Shown: piece after piece, positions 62,039 to 64,000 of the stretch
How the letters are laid out: each line of letters starts with the position of its first letter
Numbering within the stretch: the first letter of the stretch is position 1
Origin: Patescibacteria group bacterium
Lineage (GTDB): Bacteria; Patescibacteriota; Saccharimonadia; Saccharimonadales; UBA4665
NCBI GenBank assembly: GCA_030272735.1
Contig: JARXKL010000001.1
Span: forward strand, 75,571 to 139,570
Reading direction: 5' to 3'
Length of the DNA stretch: 64,000 nt
Notes under the pieces: model-generated
Told to the model about the DNA's origin: nothing
The model's input: the letters and a program-made list of their open reading frames with translations, nothing else
Databases searched by the model: none
Made by a program: the position numbers and the translations under genes

Positions 62039-62668
62039 CTACTGCACCTCGCCCTTGTAAATCCATACTTTAACGCCGATAACACCGGCAATTGTTTGGG
62101 CATTAACTTGTGCGTAATCAATATCTGCGCGAATGGTGTGTAATGGTACTGAACCAGCAACTTCCTTTTCACGACGTGACATTTCTGCACCGTTTAAACG
62201 ACCAGCAACTTCAATACGAATACCTTTTGCACCGGCACGCATCGTTGCGGCAGCGGTAGATTTGATAGCGCGGCGGAAGCTCATACGGCGCTCCAGCTGA
62301 TGCGCGATGTTTTCGGCAACAAGCTTAGCGAACATGTCTGGCTTTTTAACCTCTTCAATGTTGATGCGGACAGGAATACTATAAATCTTTTCGATTTGCA
62401 GTTTGAGTTCGGTTGCACCCGAACCACCACGGCCGATGACAACACCAGCTTTAGCAGTAGCAATAGTAACCGTAACGAGGTTAGGTGTACGGCTGATTTC
62501 AACTTTATTGATCGCTGCGCGTGAACCGAGCTTAGTTGAAATTAAGCGACGAACTTCGAGATCGTCCTTTAAAAACTTTGCATAGTCGCGCTTGTTGACA
62601 AACCATTTGCTGCGCCAGTCTTTGTTAACTTGGAGACGCATGCTGATTGGATTTACTTTTTGTCCCAT
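62039..62668 (-). CDS. rpsC: 30S ribosomal protein S3
   Basis: [10 protein letters not shown]....DW.S.W and the KH domain. Confidence 0.97.
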   Translation of the reverse strand: MGQKVNPISMRLQVNKDWRSKWFVNKRDYAKFLKDDLEVRRLISTKLGSRAAINKVEISRTPNLVTVTIATAKAGVVIGRGGSGATELKLQIEKIYSIPVRINIEEVKKPDMFAKLVAENIAHQLERRMSFRRAIKSTAAATMRAGAKGIRIEVAGRLNGAEMSRREKEVAGSVPLHTIRADIDYAQVNAQTIAGVIGVKVWIYKGEVQ

Positions 62669-63087
62669 TATTTGGTCTCCTTCTCGATTACTGGTTGTTC
62701 TGGTACTGGTTTAGCATTACGGGCCGGTCGGGCTTCGCCGTCAACGACGACACGGATGTGTGAAGTTTTGCGCTGGAACGGAAGTGCGCGGCCGTGAGAT
62801 GCTGGGCGGTAACGCTTTAAGCGTGGACCTGGTGTTACACCGATTTCACTAATAAACAGTGTGGCTGGCTTGAGGCCATGGTTATGGTCGGCGTTAGCTT
62901 TGGCGCTTTCGATAACCTTGCGGACAGCGAGTGCTGAACGACGAGGTGTATGGTCAAGGATGGTAAGGGCGTCTTCGACACTACGGCCACGAACTAAGGC
63001 AGCAACAACTGCTACTTTGCGTGGGCTCAACTGAACGCCTTTAGCTAATGCCATAACACCGGGTGTGCCATTCTTAAGAGTTGGCAT
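62668..63087 (-). CDS. rplV: 50S ribosomal protein L22
   Basis: Conserved L22 core (RKV..VA.LVRG..V..AL..L) and operon position. Confidence 0.95.
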   Translation of the reverse strand: MPTLKNGTPGVMALAKGVQLSPRKVAVVAALVRGRSVEDALTILDHTPRRSALAVRKVIESAKANADHNHGLKPATLFISEIGVTPGPRLKRYRPASHGRALPFQRKTSHIRVVVDGEARPARNAKPVPEQPVIEKETK

Positions 63088-63090
63088 AAT

Positions 63091-63363
63091 TTATTTTCCC
63101 TTCGCTAACTTACCGCCGTGGTTGCGGAACTTACGTGTTGGGCTAAACTCACCAAGCTTATGCCCAACCATGTTTTCGGTAACAAATACTGGAACGTGAA
63201 CTTTGCCATTGTGAACAGCGATAGTCTTGCCAACAAACTCTGGAGTAATGGTACTCGCACGAGCCCAAGTCTTGATGATGGTACGATCGTTATCGCCAAG
63301 AGCAGTTACCTTCTTGGCTAGTTTGAAATCGATGTATGGACCTTTTTTTAGTGAACGACTCAT
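63091..63363 (-). CDS. rpsS: 30S ribosomal protein S19
   Basis: [12 protein letters not shown]...GHKLGEF.PTR.F..H. Confidence 0.98.
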   Translation of the reverse strand: MSRSLKKGPYIDFKLAKKVTALGDNDRTIIKTWARASTITPEFVGKTIAVHNGKVHVPVFVTENMVGHKLGEFSPTRKFRNHGGKLAKGK

Positions 63364-63365
63364 GG

Positions 63366-64000
63366 TTATTTCCTCTTCGCCGAGTGACGGCTTCTTACGA
63401 TAAATTGACTGGTACTCTTACGGCGACGTGTCTTGTAACCAAGAGTCTTTTGACCCCAAGGCGTACGAGGCGCTTTAGCCATACGGTGACGACCACCATC
63501 ACCACCACCGTGCGGGTGATCTACTGCGTTCATAACAACACCACGTACACCAGGGCGCTTGCCGAGGTGACGGTTACGACCGGCTTTACCGATCTTAACG
63601 TTTTGGTGCTGCTCGTTGCCGATAACACCGAGGCTAGCCGTACAGTTTTCGTGAATCAGGCGAACTTCACCTGATGGTAAACGAACTTGAACGTAACCAT
63701 TATCTGCGCGGCCCATGAGTTGTGCGCTGTTGCCAGCGCTACGCACCATTTGTGCGCCACCACCAACTTTGATTTCGATGGCGTGGATAGTTGAACCAAC
63801 TGGAATGTTCTTAAGTGGTAGACGGTTGCCCATTTCGATTGCAGCTTCTTCGCCGCTCACAATAGTTTGGCCAACCTGCATGCCATTCGCAGCAAGGATG
63901 TAGTGGTAGATGCCATTTGGCTCTTTGATTCGGGCAATGCGGGCACTACGGTTTGGATCGTATTCGATATGCTCGATAGTTGCAGTTACACCTGGAGCGA
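63366..64000 (-). CDS. rplB: 50S ribosomal protein L2, C-terminal two thirds (5' end beyond the window)
   Basis: [13 protein letters not shown] motif. The reading frame stays open to the window edge beyond the internal Met used by the ORF track. Confidence 0.95.
   Translation of the reverse strand, partial: APGVTATIEHIEYDPNRSARIARIKEPNGIYHYILAANGMQVGQTIVSGEEAAIEMGNRLPLKNIPVGSTIHAIEIKVGGGAQMVRSAGNSAQLMGRADNGYVQVRLPSGEVRLIHENCTASLGVIGNEQHQNVKIGKAGRNRHLGKRPGVRGVVMNAVDHPHGGGDGGRHRMAKAPRTPWGQKTLGYKTRRRKSTSQFIVRSRHSAKRK

Noticed and set aside
1-64000. Search for CRISPR arrays, transposases, integrases, IS inverted repeats, prophage structural genes, and toxin-antitoxin or known defence-system genes
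   Set aside because: I found no regularly spaced direct repeats and no ORF with recombinase, transposase or Cas-like motifs. The only mobile-element-like traces are the tRNA-adjacent fragments reported above.

Overview
Gene-dense bacterial chromosomal window with mid-40s % GC by eye. It looks like a reduced-genome Patescibacteria/CPR organism, most like Saccharibacteria/TM7. That placement is inference, based on the S5-L15 junction leaving no room for L30, a cyo oxidase operon, many small orphan genes and extended r-proteins.

Content in order:
- cyoABCDE-type haem-copper quinol oxidase operon
- SemiSWEET-like gene and a Cys-rich exported protein
- tRNA-Gln
- envelope genes: alpha/beta hydrolase, two GT4, AI-2E permease
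- a long minus-strand block: dnaX-dnaB-membrane protein-ybaB-recR-nrnA-cysS
- rplJ-rplL with an L10 leader
- about 5.3 kb carrying a dTTP-synthesis module (dNMP-kinase-like, dcd, tmk-thyX fusion) plus three orphan genes, wedged between rplA and rplJ
- secE-nusG-rplK-rplA with extra small genes
- GT2, a PAS histidine kinase, a DUF45 metalloprotease, a P-loop kinase and tRNA-Trp
- ABC-2 exporter
- alpha-glucan cluster (GT/GH57/GH15)
- rpmG, tRNA-Thr x2, tRNA-Tyr, purF
- aroG-M20 peptidase-trpS-rluD-holB-TPR operon
- rpsI/rplM, then the alpha/spc/S10 ribosomal operons from rplQ to a truncated rplB

I found no CRISPR array, transposase or integrase.

The most interesting signals are regulatory or recoding features that the ORF track does not show:
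1. A consensus promoter, a leaderless 25-codon Tyr-Trp-Phe-rich leader peptide and mutually exclusive antiterminator/terminator helices in front of aroG...trpS.
2. An in-frame A_AAA_AAG slippery heptamer in dnaX with a -1 frame stop two codons later, which would give a gamma-like product.
3. A textbook four-segment (1:2/2:3/3:4) attenuator and a second terminator/antiterminator leader flanking back-to-back divergent promoters at 21.7-22.06 kb.
4. Unusual fusions: Tmk fused to tandem ThyX, CyoD fused to a cupredoxin-like domain, and L1 with a HeH-like N-terminal extension.
5. tRNA-adjacent GC-rich relic or structured segments.

All functional calls come from reading the translated ORFs and motifs. 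No database search was run.
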